DNA of 64,000 nucleotides, taken from NCBI GenBank assembly GCA_021613535.1, contig CP075492.1, forward strand, positions 13,640,001 through 13,704,000, in the 5' to 3' direction. This document shows, one piece after another, positions 1-13,625 of the stretch. A model generated the notes under the pieces. The model had not been told where the DNA came from. It saw only the letters and a program-made list of their open reading frames with translations, and made no database searches. The DNA is from Adineta vaga (taxonomy: Eukaryota; Animalia; Rotifera). The position numbers and the translations under genes were made by a program. Numbering within the stretch: position 1 is the first letter of the stretch; each line of letters opens with the position of its first letter.

Positions 1-1
1 A

Positions 2-310
2 TTATTCTGGGATGATGGAGACTCTATTGATACTTATGAACGATCAGTTTATAATTATTTCATTTTTAATTATATATCACAACGTTTAACAATTCAACCA
101 TGGGTATATAAATATCCGCAGATGAATAACGAAACAAAACTAGATGATATCAAAATATATGGTATGGCTACTCAACCCATAAACATTTTATGGAATGGAC
201 AAGAATTAAATTTGAACACTCAATGGACATATGATGCAACGAAAAATATATTACATATGACAAAACTCGCATTGACTCTATCAAAGACGCATAAATTCGT
301 TTTTCTGTAA
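2..310 (+). CDS. 3' end of a glycoside hydrolase family 31 alpha-glucosidase (maltase/sucrase-like); gene starts before the window
   Basis: Frame from nt 2 reads LFWDDGDSIDTYE..., the typical GH31 C-terminal motif, and continues into ORF 122..310. Confidence 0.8.
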   Translation, partial: LFWDDGDSIDTYERSVYNYFIFNYISQRLTIQPWVYKYPQMNNETKLDDIKIYGMATQPINILWNGQELNLNTQWTYDATKNILHMTKLALTLSKTHKFVFL

Positions 311-427
311 ACAATATTCAAAGTAAAAGAATGAGAACATGACGTCATATTTTAACTCATAGTTGAGAGGAAGAGAACAAAATGTTAAGATTTTTGAGAG
401 AGAAACTCGTCTATGAGTAAATGTTTC

Positions 428-501
428 GACAGTATGGCCGAGTGGACTATGGCGGCAGTCTTAGGAACTGTTCTTCGTGGGTTCGAATCCCACTATTGTC
501 A
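428..501 (+). tRNA. tRNA-Leu (anticodon TAG), atypical 74-nt form with a short variable loop
   Basis: Acceptor GACAGTA/TATTGTC+A; D-arm TGGCCGAGTGGACTATGGCG; anticodon stem GCAGT/ACTGT with loop CTTAGGA; T-arm GTGGG-TTCGAAT-CCCAC. Confidence 0.85.
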
Positions 502-506
502 ATTAC

Positions 507-512
507 TTTTTT
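507..512 (+). terminator. RNA polymerase III terminator (T6)
   Basis: TTTTTT 5 nt downstream of the tRNA 3' end. Confidence 0.65.
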
Positions 513-1781
513 CGCAATACTTTTCTTCTTTATTCATAAGCAAAAGAACTCATGAAACGAGAGAGAAAAGAGGAAGTTATGACACAATATTAGTATTGAT
601 AAATCTTGAAGTATGTTTTATTTTATACGATAAAGATCGTGAATAGCATGTATAGTTGTAGTTCATTTCTTAAATGGTACTGTATTGAATGTTGAAATCA
701 ACATTTTTCATATGATTTACCATCAATATGACTAATTTCACGGAGAAATAGAATGAGAAAATCTATGAAAAGAAAACATGATATTTATAGTGACAAGCAA
801 TAATAGAATACTCACAGTCAACATAGAATAGACGAATGCATTGCCAATAATCGCGACATACCAATGAAAAAGATAACTTCGATAAGGTAAAGAATAGATT
901 TTGATCACAAGTACTATAACATGTATAATTACACCAATGAAATGAAGGATTGTAATCAATCGACACTATGAAATCAATGTCGAATTTATATTTAAAAATA
1001 ACGAAACGAATAAAACAACTTACAATTAAAATACCGATCCGATTATATTTGATAACAAACATTAGATAAACAGATAGATAGATTAGAATAAGAGAGACTA
1101 AATTTATTGAATATGTCGTAAAAATATTTCAATAACAATAAGAAGTGAACTAATACCTATGATAGTATTGAATGTGAATATATTGTATTGACGCATTTTG
1201 ATATTCTCATATAAATGAATGCTCAGGTAGACTAATACCAGAATCTAAAAGTAAATATTAGAATTGTATTGATACTCAGAATTAGTCAATAATAGAAAGT
1301 TTCGAAATGTATGATGGACGAGTTCTATAGTATATCTCATTGTGGATGTATTACATACCATTTTTAAAATGATTGTCATTAATAAGTTACGTCTTGTTTT
1401 ATATAATTCCACATCTAATTTGTATCTTGTTTTCATTGGTATTTGTACAACTGTTAAATAATCTTTTAGAATATTTTCTATTGAAACATATGGATCCGTG
1501 TTTATTGATTTTTTTAATCGATATTCTGTATTCATTTTCACTTACAAATTAATCAAATGTACACAAAAATAAATCATATCGAATGAAACGATATTTATAC
1601 AATAAAAGAAAGGTTACAAAAGAACATTTCGAATTCCCATGCAGTTTCAAATGTTATTTGCATCATGGCATTTATTATTTGATTTCTTTCACTTCCTTTA
1701 ATTATTATATGGTAAAATCCTTTTTATTTTAGTCATGTTTATTCACATCATAAAAATGCATAGGAAAGTGTATGAAAGATA

Positions 1782-2873
1782 CTATAGATGTTTGATTTTT
1801 TCATTGATAATCGTTTCGCTTAATTCCCATAATTCCTCTGCTTTTTTCGAATTATAAGCTGTAGAACTTGGTTGAGTTGCTCGACAATCTGCGTGATACT
1901 TTCCTGGTTGAGCTTTGTCAGACAGAGCACAATATAAAGTTGTCATTGCTCCTTGAGGAATTGTTTTAGAAATGATTACCAAAGGATACAATAGAATTGA
2001 TTCCATAGAATTGACGTCACGGCCTAATTCAGTTGATGCAATTGAACCCGGATGAAGTGCATAAGCTTTAATACCTCGATTATTATAACGTCTCTGTAAT
2101 TCAATTACATGTAAAATATTTGCTAATTTTGATTCAGCATAAGCTTTAATAGTATTGTACGAATTGTTTTTAATGAAATCAGTATTTTCATTAGCAAAAA
2201 CATGCATCAAACTGCTCACATTCACAATACGTCCACTGGATTTAATCAATAATGGAAGAAGAAGTTGAGTTAAATAGAAATGACCAACTAAATAAATATA
2301 ACACTAGACATGTATCAACAAAAATATTGAAAAATAAAACTTACTATGATTTGTTCCAAAAGTACTTTCTAAACCATCTTTGGTAAATTCCTTTTGTTTT
2401 TTAGCAACACCAGCATTATTAATTAAAATATCAACTTTATCAATTTTTTCAGCAAATGATTTTACACTTGATAAATCACTTAAATCTAAATGATAACCAA
2501 TGACATTTCCATTCGATTGTTTACTTAATTCTTGAGCGATACGTTCAGCTCGATCTTGACCACGTATACCAACAATAACACGTGCATGAAGTTTAGCTAA
2601 TTCAAATGCAGTTTCTCGGCCGATTCCGCTAGCAGCACCAGTAACAATAACAGTTTGATTATTTAAATTTTTCGTCGATGTATAAGAACGACCAGAAGCT
2701 AACCATTGATTTATTACTTGAAAGATAACAATTTGAACAATTAAGTAAATGAATGTATAAAACCATGAAGTGACAGAGAATAGAACATAAACGGATAGTA
2801 GAACATTCGCCAAGAGAAACAATCCTGATTTACTCTCTGGTTCTGCTAAAAGTGTCTTAATTGCAAACGTCAT
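1782..2873 (-). CDS. Short-chain dehydrogenase/reductase (retinol dehydrogenase 11-14/WWOX-like), 2 coding exons
   Basis: TGAASGIG, NNAG, YAESK and LHPG motifs; removing GT-AG intron 2288..2344 restores FGTNHIGHF. Confidence 0.9.
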
Positions 2874-3047
2874 TTATACACCTTAAAAAAAAAGAAAACG
2901 TTTGTATAGTTTTATTTTAAAATGTCTTTTTTATCAAACAACGAATAGTAACTCTTAGTAATTTCATTGTTTTACTTCTATTGGTGAATCGTATGCACCA
3001 TCCTCTAGTTGTTGGAAAAAGATTTATTATAGAGGACACTAGTAAAA

Positions 3048-3073
3048 ATGATGATGATGATGATGATGATGAT
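3048..3073. repeat. (GAT)n microsatellite
   Basis: Direct reading. Confidence 0.9.
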
Positions 3074-3739
3074 ATAGTGTTATTAGTTATTACAATAATA
3101 CTATTGCTTCTATCAATCAGTTTGCATATAACTATCTCTTTATCCTCATACATTTGTTGCATATAGAATTTTGACAGTTTAAATATAAAAGTTGCTATTA
3201 TTAGAGGCATTATTATTCTTGCATATCAGGTACATATCAATACAAATGTCTGGAACATAAACTAGTCTAGTCTAGATAGTTATAAATGTAATACTTACAT
3301 AATCTTAGTTTGACTATGACGTAATTAAACTACTTTTCATAATGATACTATTTCGAAGAGAAACAATTAAAAGACTGTTTTTTTTGTTGATGATAGTAAC
3401 CAAGCAGATTGCTACAGAAGAGTTTTCGAGGATTTTGAAAGTAATACGTGATATAAAAGTGACAGAATTCTCCAAGAAAGAATAATCTTCTATCTCTTTT
3501 TTGAAATAATAAAGATATACTTGATAAATTCTTTGAAGAAGTGTACATCATTTTATTCGCCGACTCGTTCGGTTTCTTAAGGCAAACAGAATGAAAGAGA
3601 ACGTTTATTATCTTTTTCATTTGTTGCTCCTATATAAAATATTGAAAATTTCACTAAAACTTTAGTATTGTTCGACATCAATTGTTAAAAAACAGTAAGT
3701 GTTTTAAACAACCACAAGGAATTAACTCGATCAAATAAA

Positions 3740-4483
3740 ATGCCATTTATAACACGCATAACCACTATTATTAGTAGTATTACATTATTATTAGCAACAG
3801 CGTTGTTATTTGCAAGTATGATATTACCATCATGGTACGTATCTTATTCATTTTCAAATTGAATGATTAGCAATAAGTAGTTCGACGCATGACAACATAA
3901 GTGTTCTTTAATTCTATGTTTCAGGAGTGTCACAAAATAGGGTTCATCTTCAAAAACACTTGGTCTATGGTCTGGTTGTATAACAGCAAATGATCAGACT
4001 GAATGTGGCTCCTTATTGGAATGTAATATATATATTTATCTTCTGGTTGTGCCAAACGACAAGCAGCAAGAGCATTTATGGTCATATCTTTGATATTTTC
4101 AATGATTGGTTTCATATCAATGATCGTAATCGCAATACTTCGTTTGGAACGTTCCAATCTTGGAGCTGGACCAGTGACCACTTTTTTTCTGTATCCATTT
4201 GTTCAGTTTTATATCGGATATATTTGGTTTTCTCCTTGGCTTAAGTTTTGCATTATATGATACGACGAGTTCGGTAGGTGTAGGTGGAATTATGGCCATT
4301 ATTGCAATCAGCATTAATTTGTTTAGCACATGTTTGTTGTGCATAGGAGTGGCGAAAAGTGATGATATCGGTAAAAGTTCAAATCCACGTGTTGATACTG
4401 CAGAAATGACAACTGAATCAAGGCAACCATCAACCATCTCCGTTCAATACAATACTACTGTGGATGAAGCCAGCTCTTTTTAA
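3740..4483 (+). pseudogene. Claudin/PMP22-like tetraspan gene, disrupted paralog of 4940..5726
   Basis: Exon 1 MPFITR...LPSW, intron, then GLWSGC and ARAFM motifs; in-frame TAG at 3938-3940; frame changes near 4030 and 4190. Confidence 0.7.
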
Positions 4484-4939
4484 GTACTTGTATTTTCATC
4501 GATCATAAAAATATCATACTATATCATTTATAAAAATTTTCATTTCTTTATGCCGTTCGTTTATATTGATTGTCAATACCGATTTTATTATCTCGTATTA
4601 GTCTAACTAACTTCTTTTGTATATACTCAATTATATAATTATTTTATATTAATAATTGATAAGATTTATTCAGTTATAAGATCTATCTATTGCACAATGA
4701 AAAGAAAACCAAATCAATGTAATATTTTCTGCTTGGCTTTTTTTTATACACGTAAAATTTTATTATTTGTTCTGTGCAAAGAGAAAAAATGATCATTGAA
4801 ATATGTTAGTGAAACATGATTCCATGTTCATGACTAGCGAGACAAGACATTTTTTTAAATTACTCACGTAATATGGACATAGATTTTTTTTCATTTCTCA
4901 TTATCATTGTGAATATAGACAAAGTTTTCTGTATCAAGA

Positions 4940-5726
4940 ATGCGAAAAAATCAATTATTTAGTTTTATAACCAGCGCTATTTTAAATGTCGTTTGTGTTT
5001 TATTTATTGTCAGCAATGTATTACCTACATGGTAAGGATTAATATAAAATCTAAATGTATATAGTACGATCAGTACAGATCTTTGAAATATGCGTGAATT
5101 ATATAGAGAAAATTACATATTGTCTCCTAAGATGGTTGAAGTAGACAAGTTTTATATGCTACATTGTATCTTCTTTTCATTTAAGGTCGGCAATAAAACT
5201 AGATGCTAGTGGTTTAGCAAACTATTTGTCTCCAGCGGAATTGGCTAAAGCAGGCAATTTATCAGAATACGATGGGATGTCGATAACTGTAGGCTTATGG
5301 AAGTCATGCAAAGAAGAAATCTGTTCTCCGTTACCGAGCTGTTCAGAAGGCGAACTCGATCGCAATAGTTGTCAAAAAATGATGATAGCTCGAGCATTTA
5401 TAACTATGACCTGCGTTCTTTCGGCTGTTGGAGCGTTAGTTCTGATTATTACTGGTATACTGGGTGCTAGTAATGCTCTATTCATCATGGCAACTAGAGG
5501 ATTACCAATTGTAACATTTGTGACAGGTCTTATTGGTATAGCATTAACAATAAGTTTTACTAAGGCCACAGATGAAAATTATCGTGGAATGTATAGAGAT
5601 AGCGTAAAACTGGGTGCGGCAGCTATTTCAGCTATTGTTGCTATGATAATGACTTTATTTGTTGTCATTATCGCATTTTTTATTAGACCAAAAGCAACAT
5701 ACACAATCGTATTAATATTCTTCTAA
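4940..5726 (+). CDS. Claudin/PMP22/EMP-like tetraspan membrane protein, 2 exons
   Basis: Exon 1 MRKNQ...LPTW (TM1); exon 2 has GLWKSC-x4-C, ARAF and three more hydrophobic helices; intron at the same position as in the upstream paralog. Confidence 0.8.
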
Positions 5727-5832
5727 ATTTTCTTTTTATGTTTATTATTAAACTGATCTTGACGGCGAGGGCGAATGAATAGATGGATATGAATTAGGAT
5801 AAGAGCGAAGCTGATACATCCATCTCATTTTC

Positions 5833-8252
5833 CTATTCATACTTGTATTGATCAAGTTTTTCATAAATTTGTTGTACTCCCTGCTTGAACTTCTCTGCAA
5901 GAACTAAGTTCTGTAACGTACTTAAACGAGGATGCGTGAGTGGATGATGCTGCAATAGTAAATCACGAGCTCGACGAAAATTCCATAATGCTGATTCTGT
6001 ATTGTGAAGCTTGACGAAAGCAGAACCGATCGCAGAGTAGGCATCAACAATTTCTATCGAGTTCGGTGGTAAACCGCAATCTTCGATGACAGTACGATAA
6101 TATGAAATAGCCAACGGTAGATCTCTGTGCCTTTCTTGGTATCGAGCTAGTTGGCGAAGTATTTGCGCATGTGGTTTGGCTGACTTATTAAGATTTTCTA
6201 GAAATTGCAATGAAAAACCGTTATTATTACGTAAGCCAACGCTCAAAAGCAAAGCGTTCATAGTCAAAAATGTATTATCATCATTCTGCAGTGAGGAAGC
6301 AATATAAGAAGAGTGATCTGTTTCAAATTTTTTCAAATCTTCTATGTGTCCATGCTGTAAACTTTCAATTGCAGTTTTTATGAACAGAACCTGTGAAAAC
6401 AATGGGTGTGATGCTGGTAATTGACTTGTAAGCAAAGAGAATGTTTGTTCACATACATGTACTATTGTCATTAATTGATTGAATAATTCATCGAGGTTGT
6501 CAGCTTTATCTAGGAAGCTTACAAACGATGAACAATCCGTAATCATTTTATTCAGTGAGGATATTGCACCGCGAAGTGAATTTGGTAGATTTGCATACCG
6601 TTCTAGGTCTTGTACGCATGGAATTAGTAGTGATAAAAAATTCGATACATATGGAACGCAACGATCTTGGCTTACTGAATGCTGCAATAAATTCGTTAAA
6701 CAAATGAAGGAACGATATAACTCATCCGAATCATCTCTTGCGTCTGGTTTACGAAGCTTCAATACTTGTTCCAATCGTTTATAGTCGCCTATTTGAACTA
6801 GAATATTTACAAGTGCAGAGATGTAAAATGATTCATCGCCTCCATAAGGTAACTGTTTTAAAAGAAATGTTTTGAGCTGTTTTACGTCATCGCTTTCTTC
6901 ATAATACAGCTGAGCTTTAACATAGATATTCTTCTTTTCCCAGACGGTGGTACTTGATTGAATTTGCAACATAGTTCCCATGGGCAATAATACTTCTACC
7001 TCGTCTGGAAACTGGCTTAGTGCACTAATATCTGCAAATGGATAGGAACTACTACTGAGCAAAGATGGATCGATTGAAATTTCGAACATAAAATCTCTTT
7101 GTAAATCACAACCCAGATATATCATTGCAATATCTAACTTACGGGAAGTTGACATAAAAGAAGTTACAGATACAATTGTGCCGTTATGACAAGATCGTAG
7201 ATAAATCCCTTCAGTTGAGGAGACTGTCATGGCACGATAAAGTTTTATGATCGACTTTTGGGCTACAAAAGAAAATGATGATATACAACAATACATTGAT
7301 CCGACAAATCCTATCACTATCTTGAGAATGTAGGCGAGATATTTTTGTATTTGGTTAAATTTATTATTCCCATTCATCTCTATGTAAAACTGGAGTGACT
7401 CAAAACTTCTATACAAACAAGAAAATATCTAATCGTATCTTATAATATTTTATCAAAATATGCGTACTATAATGTAACACTTACAGTTTCTTGTTTGTGC
7501 ACTTAAGTTCTGTACATGGTGTAAGTTCATCAAATGTTGATAGACATCGCGAATGAACGTACGAAATTTAAAAATAGTAGCCAAGTTTTGGGTACGAAAT
7601 GCTTTATTCATTAGGCGATAAGTAAATGAATCACATGTATACCACTTTATAGCGTCTTCTTTTCGATAGTTTTGCTCGAAACTATGAATCTTCGCCATCT
7701 GCTTTGGATTATTTCTGTGGAAAAGCCGTGCTTCATCTAACATTTCTCGATATTCATCTGTACTTGTTGTTGGCATACGAAGAAGAACTTGTAGGAATAT
7801 CGATGACGAAACAGAACGAGTGAGGTTTGCTTTCATGTTCTGAATCATTGACTTCTCATCTAGATCAGGTATATCCAAATGTGTAGACTGATTTAATTGA
7901 TGAGTTCGACTGTCGATCAAAACTTGCTGGAGTAGCAATGCGTTGTTAGTAAATACTCCATGCACTTTCAGAGTTCGTTTTTCCTCAGTCGGTTCACTGA
8001 GATAATACAGTAAATTTGATTAAAATCATCCAAAATAGGAATGAGATGATTTTGACTAAAGCCAAGCCATACAAAGATGCATTTGTCCAACTTCACCAAT
8101 AACAGCAGATATTGCATACATTCATCGGCGTCGTCGAATTCATATATATTAATTTCAGCAGATTCGAATTGAAGTAGAATATTTTCATCGTTAACAGCTG
8201 ATCCCACACAAAGGAGAACCATATGTTCATCCGATTCAATCTCATGGCTCAT
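5833..8252 (-). CDS. Receiver-like + R-S-E class mono-ADP-ribosyltransferase + helical/TPR protein; 1-nt frameshift near 8004 (pseudogene or sequence error)
   Basis: WYT.DSF.YR..N.A.R, LYRA, FMSTS and DEVEVL motifs; C-terminal TPR-like helices; intron 7263..7484 is phase-consistent; the frameshift splits CIYLSEPTEEKRTLKVHGVF. Confidence 0.8.
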
Positions 8253-8924
8253 ACTGATAAAGAAAAAAACTTCTTGATAAATAACTATTATATATACTTT
8301 GTTGTTTGACAAAAGAACGATAAATCACTGAAGTGACATCTATTATTTATGCTTTTATTCTATGATTGTCATAATAACAGTCGATTGATGCGGTGAAGAA
8401 CTGGTAAGAAAAAGGCTTTCAAAAAGCCAAGATTAATAGTCTCACAAAGATTTATTATTCTGGTTTTTACCAACAAAACGACAGAGAAAGTCGATAAAAT
8501 TATACCTAAAAATGATAGGTAGAAGAATGATGATTGTATATTGCATACCTATACATTAAACATTAAAATCAATGTTTGAAAAAACAAACAATACTGCAGT
8601 ATTCTTTTCATGTATATTTTTAGACTTCTTTTCAACTGTAGAATCATAATATTCATGTAAAAAGATGATGCAAATGATCCAATTTTAATTTGTTGTTTGC
8701 TTTGGATGAAAAATTGCGTCAAATTGGAAAAGAATGTTATTAAACAATTGTTGATTGATTGCAGTGAAAAACTCGATTTTAGTTTCGTTAAATTGTTTTC
8801 TTTTTTCAACTTATCTTTAGAAACATTACTTGGAATGAAGATATATGTGAAATTCTCAGATCAATCAAATATAACATGCCACTTTCTCATAGGAGTCAAT
8901 CGTATTCAAACGACAATCAATGAC

Positions 8925-10050
8925 GTGATGTTCGCGTATCTAGAAAAAATAAGATTCATTTTTAGAACGAAAGAGAGGAACAACAATAGATACCACGCAC
9001 TGTATAGAGCCGTTAGAATATCAGTAATTGAATATAAATACATCGTGAAACACTACATATGATCAGTTTTTAGTAGGATTTTGAGAGATGATTTTTTTAA
9101 GATGTTGGATCAATTTTCTTCTTCGATCTGATCATGTTAATAATGGAATATACATGTGTATTATAAATAACGTCAACGGAGAATTATTAAATCACAGAAA
9201 CAACAGTTGGAACGAGTGTCAGGTTGAACAAAATGGCATGCGTTTTATTATGAATCATGTACTATTTGGATTTATTGTGGTGATGTTAGTCTTATCTGAA
9301 GTGTATCCGTTATTGATCATTTTGAATGGATATCAAAATGTTCTCGTTATATATGAAGAAGTTTATTGTGATAGGAAACAAAAGAAAGAAGAACAATGAA
9401 AGAGATTTCTTTAGAGAAACGTTCCACTTTATATGATATCAATCATAAACAACGAAAAAGAACGAGTAAATGAAACGAATTTAGTGTTCTTGATCACTCA
9501 TCCAGTTGAAAGTGCGAGCAGAAAAAGAAATACATCTACACGTTAAAATCTTGATGCAATAAGAAAGATGTTTGTTGTCGGCAATAAAAACGAGTTTAAA
9601 AACATCTACTGTTTTGATTTTACTGTTGTATTAGGAGCAGCACCTTGAGATAAAACTGGGTTTGGCTTATAGATAACTTATTATAATTTTTGATTCGGAG
9701 TATAATTCACTGACTAAAAGATATTGTATATGAATAATATGTTTGTTCTATTAAATTAAACAAAATCTTTTTCTTCGTCTATCTTGTTGTGATTAGAGAT
9801 TGAAAGAATGTTATTTTTATGGTTACAAGACAACAGTAATGAAAAATGTTATGTAGCATTCTTTGTCTGCCTCTGTCATTACAAAATACTGGGAGTTTCG
9901 CGTTGGTAACTAGAGTGTAAGAAAAACAACGAGACCATGTTTACATACTTATCCTCTCCATCAAAAAAGCTTTGATGTGACGATTTTTTCTTCTCTCCAT
10001 GTGAACAAATGCGTAAAGATTTCTTTTGTAAAATCAGTTGAATATGAAAT
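8925..10050 (-). pseudogene. Degenerate duplicate of the 5' part and upstream region of gene 10558..11394
   Basis: Homologous blocks (agtaggattttgagagat; catcgtgaaacact; 9900-10030 vs 11950-12095); translates as CSVSRCIYIQLLIF* versus CSVSRCVCIQLLIL. Confidence 0.7.
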
Positions 10051-10557
10051 TGTTTTTATACATTTATTTACGACACGATTGATAACGTACACAGATATGT
10101 ATGAACTTGATAAAACAGACACTATGGTGATGTATTAATTCTGTTGGTCTGCGAGAAGAAATTGAAATAACAGCGTGAAATTGATCATTTGATTTGGATA
10201 TTTAAAGACTACGATCAATTCTATCGATTTTCATTGGTTTTACGTATTAAATATTCTCGCGTGAAATTTCCCGATACGAAAACATGTATCAAATTTCTCA
10301 GATTTCATCAAACACATTCAAACAGCAATCAAAAAAAGATTATTGAGAAACGACTCGTGCCTTTAGAATACTGAAAATATCAATCTATTCGAATGCCGAA
10401 ATATTTGATGAGAGAATTAGAACTTACGTGCCACCATTCATACCTGATAGTAAATAAAACTAAAATCTTCTAATATTCACGTGTTTTTTCATTTATTGTA
10501 CATAAAATGAAGTAGATCATTCACAAAGCAAGAAAGTTAAGAAACGCCATCTATGAT

Positions 10558-11394
10558 TCATTCGAAAGAAATTGACATTGTTTGTGTTGGCCCAGGATAA
10601 TTTGCAGTCATGATACCACCCCAATAGCCATTGGGCCAACATGGTCTTATTACGTAACCTATTGGATTGCTACAAGCAGTTCCTGTCGAAGATATTTCAT
10701 AGCCACCAGAACATGGCCATACTCTCCACTGTACTCCATTGGAAGGAGCTATAATTGTAGTGTTATATCGTAATGCTACTGCGAGCGCAGTAACAGTAGC
10801 TGCATCAGTCACAGTTATACCAGTTGGATCATTTGAACCATAGAGTCGCATCTTCGAATAGCTCGAACAAGTCAAACTAGAAGTGAATGCTTGCCATGCT
10901 GCACATTGCGATGCTAGAGTAACACCATTGGTAAAACTGTCAGAATATGTTTTGGCACATGCTTCAATGAAAATTGACGAGATACATATGAATATAACAC
11001 ATATACATGGGTACTTACCTGATGATTGCGTATCTAAAAGAAAGAAAATGTCAACACTTTTCGTGAGATTCTCTTTGAGAAAAAAATCGAAAAACATATC
11101 GTTGTATAGCTACTCACCAAGTACTATCACAACGATAGGGATGATTATAGCTGCCAATAGTGCCAGAGCTAATAAAATCAATAGTTGAATACAGACACAT
11201 CGTGAAACACTGCATCTAATTATTCAACACACTTATTATTAGCTATATAAGCTCACATATTGCACTTACTTAGATTTGGATGAGGATGTAAAAGTATTAT
11301 ATCTATCTTCATATAGAACTTTGGAGTTTTGAGTAGGATTTTGAGAGATAGTTTTCAAAGAAGTTTGATCGGTCTTCTGATTAATTTTGACCAT
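10558..11394 (-). CDS. Type II membrane protein with a C-terminal Cys/Trp-containing extracellular domain of unknown function; 4 exons including a 15-nt micro-exon (11019..11033)
   Basis: Spliced frame MVKINQK...TM(LLILLALALLAAIIIPIVVIVL)-DTQSS-ACAKTYSDSF...YVIRPCW...WGGI...MSISFE; all junctions GT-AG and phase-consistent. Confidence 0.75.
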
Positions 11395-12469
11395 GTTGAC
11401 GAGGAAGTATCGTTATCTAAATAGGCGAATACAGATTGTATCATAAATAATATCATCTTTAAGCAAAAGGAATGTAATTATCGTATGCGATAATTTTGCT
11501 ACAGTTACAGCACTGTCGTTTATTATGATGACAATTAGGAACTGAAGAAATAGCATTAGGTTGATTTTTATTGTACAAGTTGTTGATTATGTTCATCTAC
11601 TTTTGAAATGTCCTCATCGTATATCGAAAGATTTTTAATAGTGGAATAAAAGAAAGAACGAGAGAGAGAGAAAAGTTTTTTTTGTAAAAGAAAACACCCT
11701 CAACGAGCAAATAAAATACATTCCATGCATTTTTCAAAGATAAACAAGTTTAAAAGGTTGTTTTCTGTTGGTTTTATTTTTGCATTAAGAATAGTATCTC
11801 TCTTTAATACTCAGGAAGATGATTTCCTATGGAAAGAACTGAGAATAATGAACACAATAAAAGTGTACTCGATGTTTCACTACTTATCTGACAGAGATGA
11901 AATAAATAATGTAGCATGTTTTTGTCCAACTCTATCATGTCGAAATGCTAAGATTTTTATTTTGGTAACAAGAATATTAGAAAGAACAACAACGAAGTAA
12001 TGTCTACACACTTATTCTCTTCAGCATAAGAGTTTCAATGTGACTATTTTGTTTCTTCTACTCACGCGAACAAATGTACATAGATTTCTTCTATATACAG
12101 AACATGCAATAGTTTTAACTACTCTTTGGCGAAAAGAAATCGAACACCTCTAATTTTTTTTTGTTTTGATGTGTTGAATTTCATGAATATATGAATGAAC
12201 AGCGCTCAGATTGTGCCATTGGTTCTTGAACAGAAAATTCTTGATGATGTGAGTGTGGATGAGCGTTGTGTATATAAGTCATCATTTTAGGAAAAACTTC
12301 ACCCACATCCCATTGTTTAGTTTATTATTTACATACAGAAGAGCGACGATTTAGAATATTCTATTGATGTGTTCTTGATAAGAAATGACATTGCAAAGAT
12401 AAAGTCAATATCGTTATCATTTATGAGTGAATAGTGAATACAGCTACGAATCATTTGTTTCAAAAAAAA

Positions 12470-13625
12470 ATGTACAAAGTGTGGTTGCTTTTGCTCGTAC
12501 TACAAGATTCATCATTCGCTATTCGTATGTCGAATTAAATAATTAATTAATTCCGTATTTTTCTTATTTTATTTTGAATTAGAAGGACCTGATTCGACAG
12601 CCAAATGGTCAAAAGAAGGTAAAACATTAATGAATGGTACTCTTGGAAATAATACAGATCAAGTTTTCCATCCATATGGACTTTTCATGGACTCAAATAA
12701 TAATCTTTATATTGCCGATAGTGGAAATAATCGAATATTAAAATTAGCAACAGACGCTTCACATGGAACTATTGTCGCTGGATTTGGACCAAATCAATTA
12801 ACTGTACCAACAGGAATTGCAATGGATAAACAAAGTAACTTATATATTCTCGAAGGACCTTTATCATCATCTGGTCGTGTAATACGTTGGGAAAAAGATG
12901 CCAACGTTGGTACCGTACTTTTTTACGGTGCTGAACATCTCAGTGGAATTGTTTTGGATGAAAAGGAAGAATTTTTCTATCATGCTGAATCTATCCAAGA
13001 TCGAATTATTCGATATACAAAAGATGGACAACATAATAGTATTGTTGCTGGTAATCATGGTCAAGGATCTGCTCTTTATCAATTAGTAACACGTATGTAT
13101 AGGAATAATAACAAATGCTTTTTAATTTTCTGATTCTATCATTTAGCATGGCATGTTGCAATCGATCGTAATCATACGCTTTATATTGCAGATAGTGGAA
13201 ATAATCGTGTACTTAAATGGGTCTTAAATACACCAGAAGGCATATTGGTTGCTGGTGGAAATGGTTATGGAAATGATACCAATCAATTAAAATCACCAAG
13301 ATCTCTTCTTATCGATGACGAAATGAATATACTTTATATTGCAGACACATATAATGATCGCATTGTACGTGTAGCAATGGATGATGGAACTGTGACGATT
13401 ATTGCTGGTGGAAATGGACAAGGAAATGCAGCTCATCAATTATCACATCCGAATGGTTTAGCATTTGATAATCAAGGAAATCTTTATGTATCTGATTATG
13501 AAAATCATCGAATCCAGTTATTTACTTTAGAAAAAAACTCATGTAATTATAATACAAGTTCATTGTTAGTAATGTATTTTTTAATTTTTATCAATATTTT
13601 AAGAACGATCCGTCAAAATAAATAA
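12470..13625 (+). CDS. Secreted, probably GPI-anchored NHL-repeat beta-propeller protein, 3 exons
   Basis: Signal peptide MYKVWLLLLVL; repeated P.GL..D...NLYIADSGNNRI units; hydrophobic C-terminal tail. Confidence 0.88.

Noticed and set aside
413-646. 77-aa ORF
   Set aside because: It overlaps the tRNA gene and has no protein features
738-1541. Hydrophobic minus-strand ORF fragments faintly reminiscent of a mucolipin/TRP channel
   Set aside because: The similarity is too weak and no consistent spliced model could be built
2981-3166. ORF with a poly-Asp run
   Set aside because: Explained by the (GAT)n microsatellite
8549-9399. ORFs 8549..8809, 8697..9062 and 9088..9399
   Set aside because: No motifs; they partly overlap the decayed duplicate on the opposite strand
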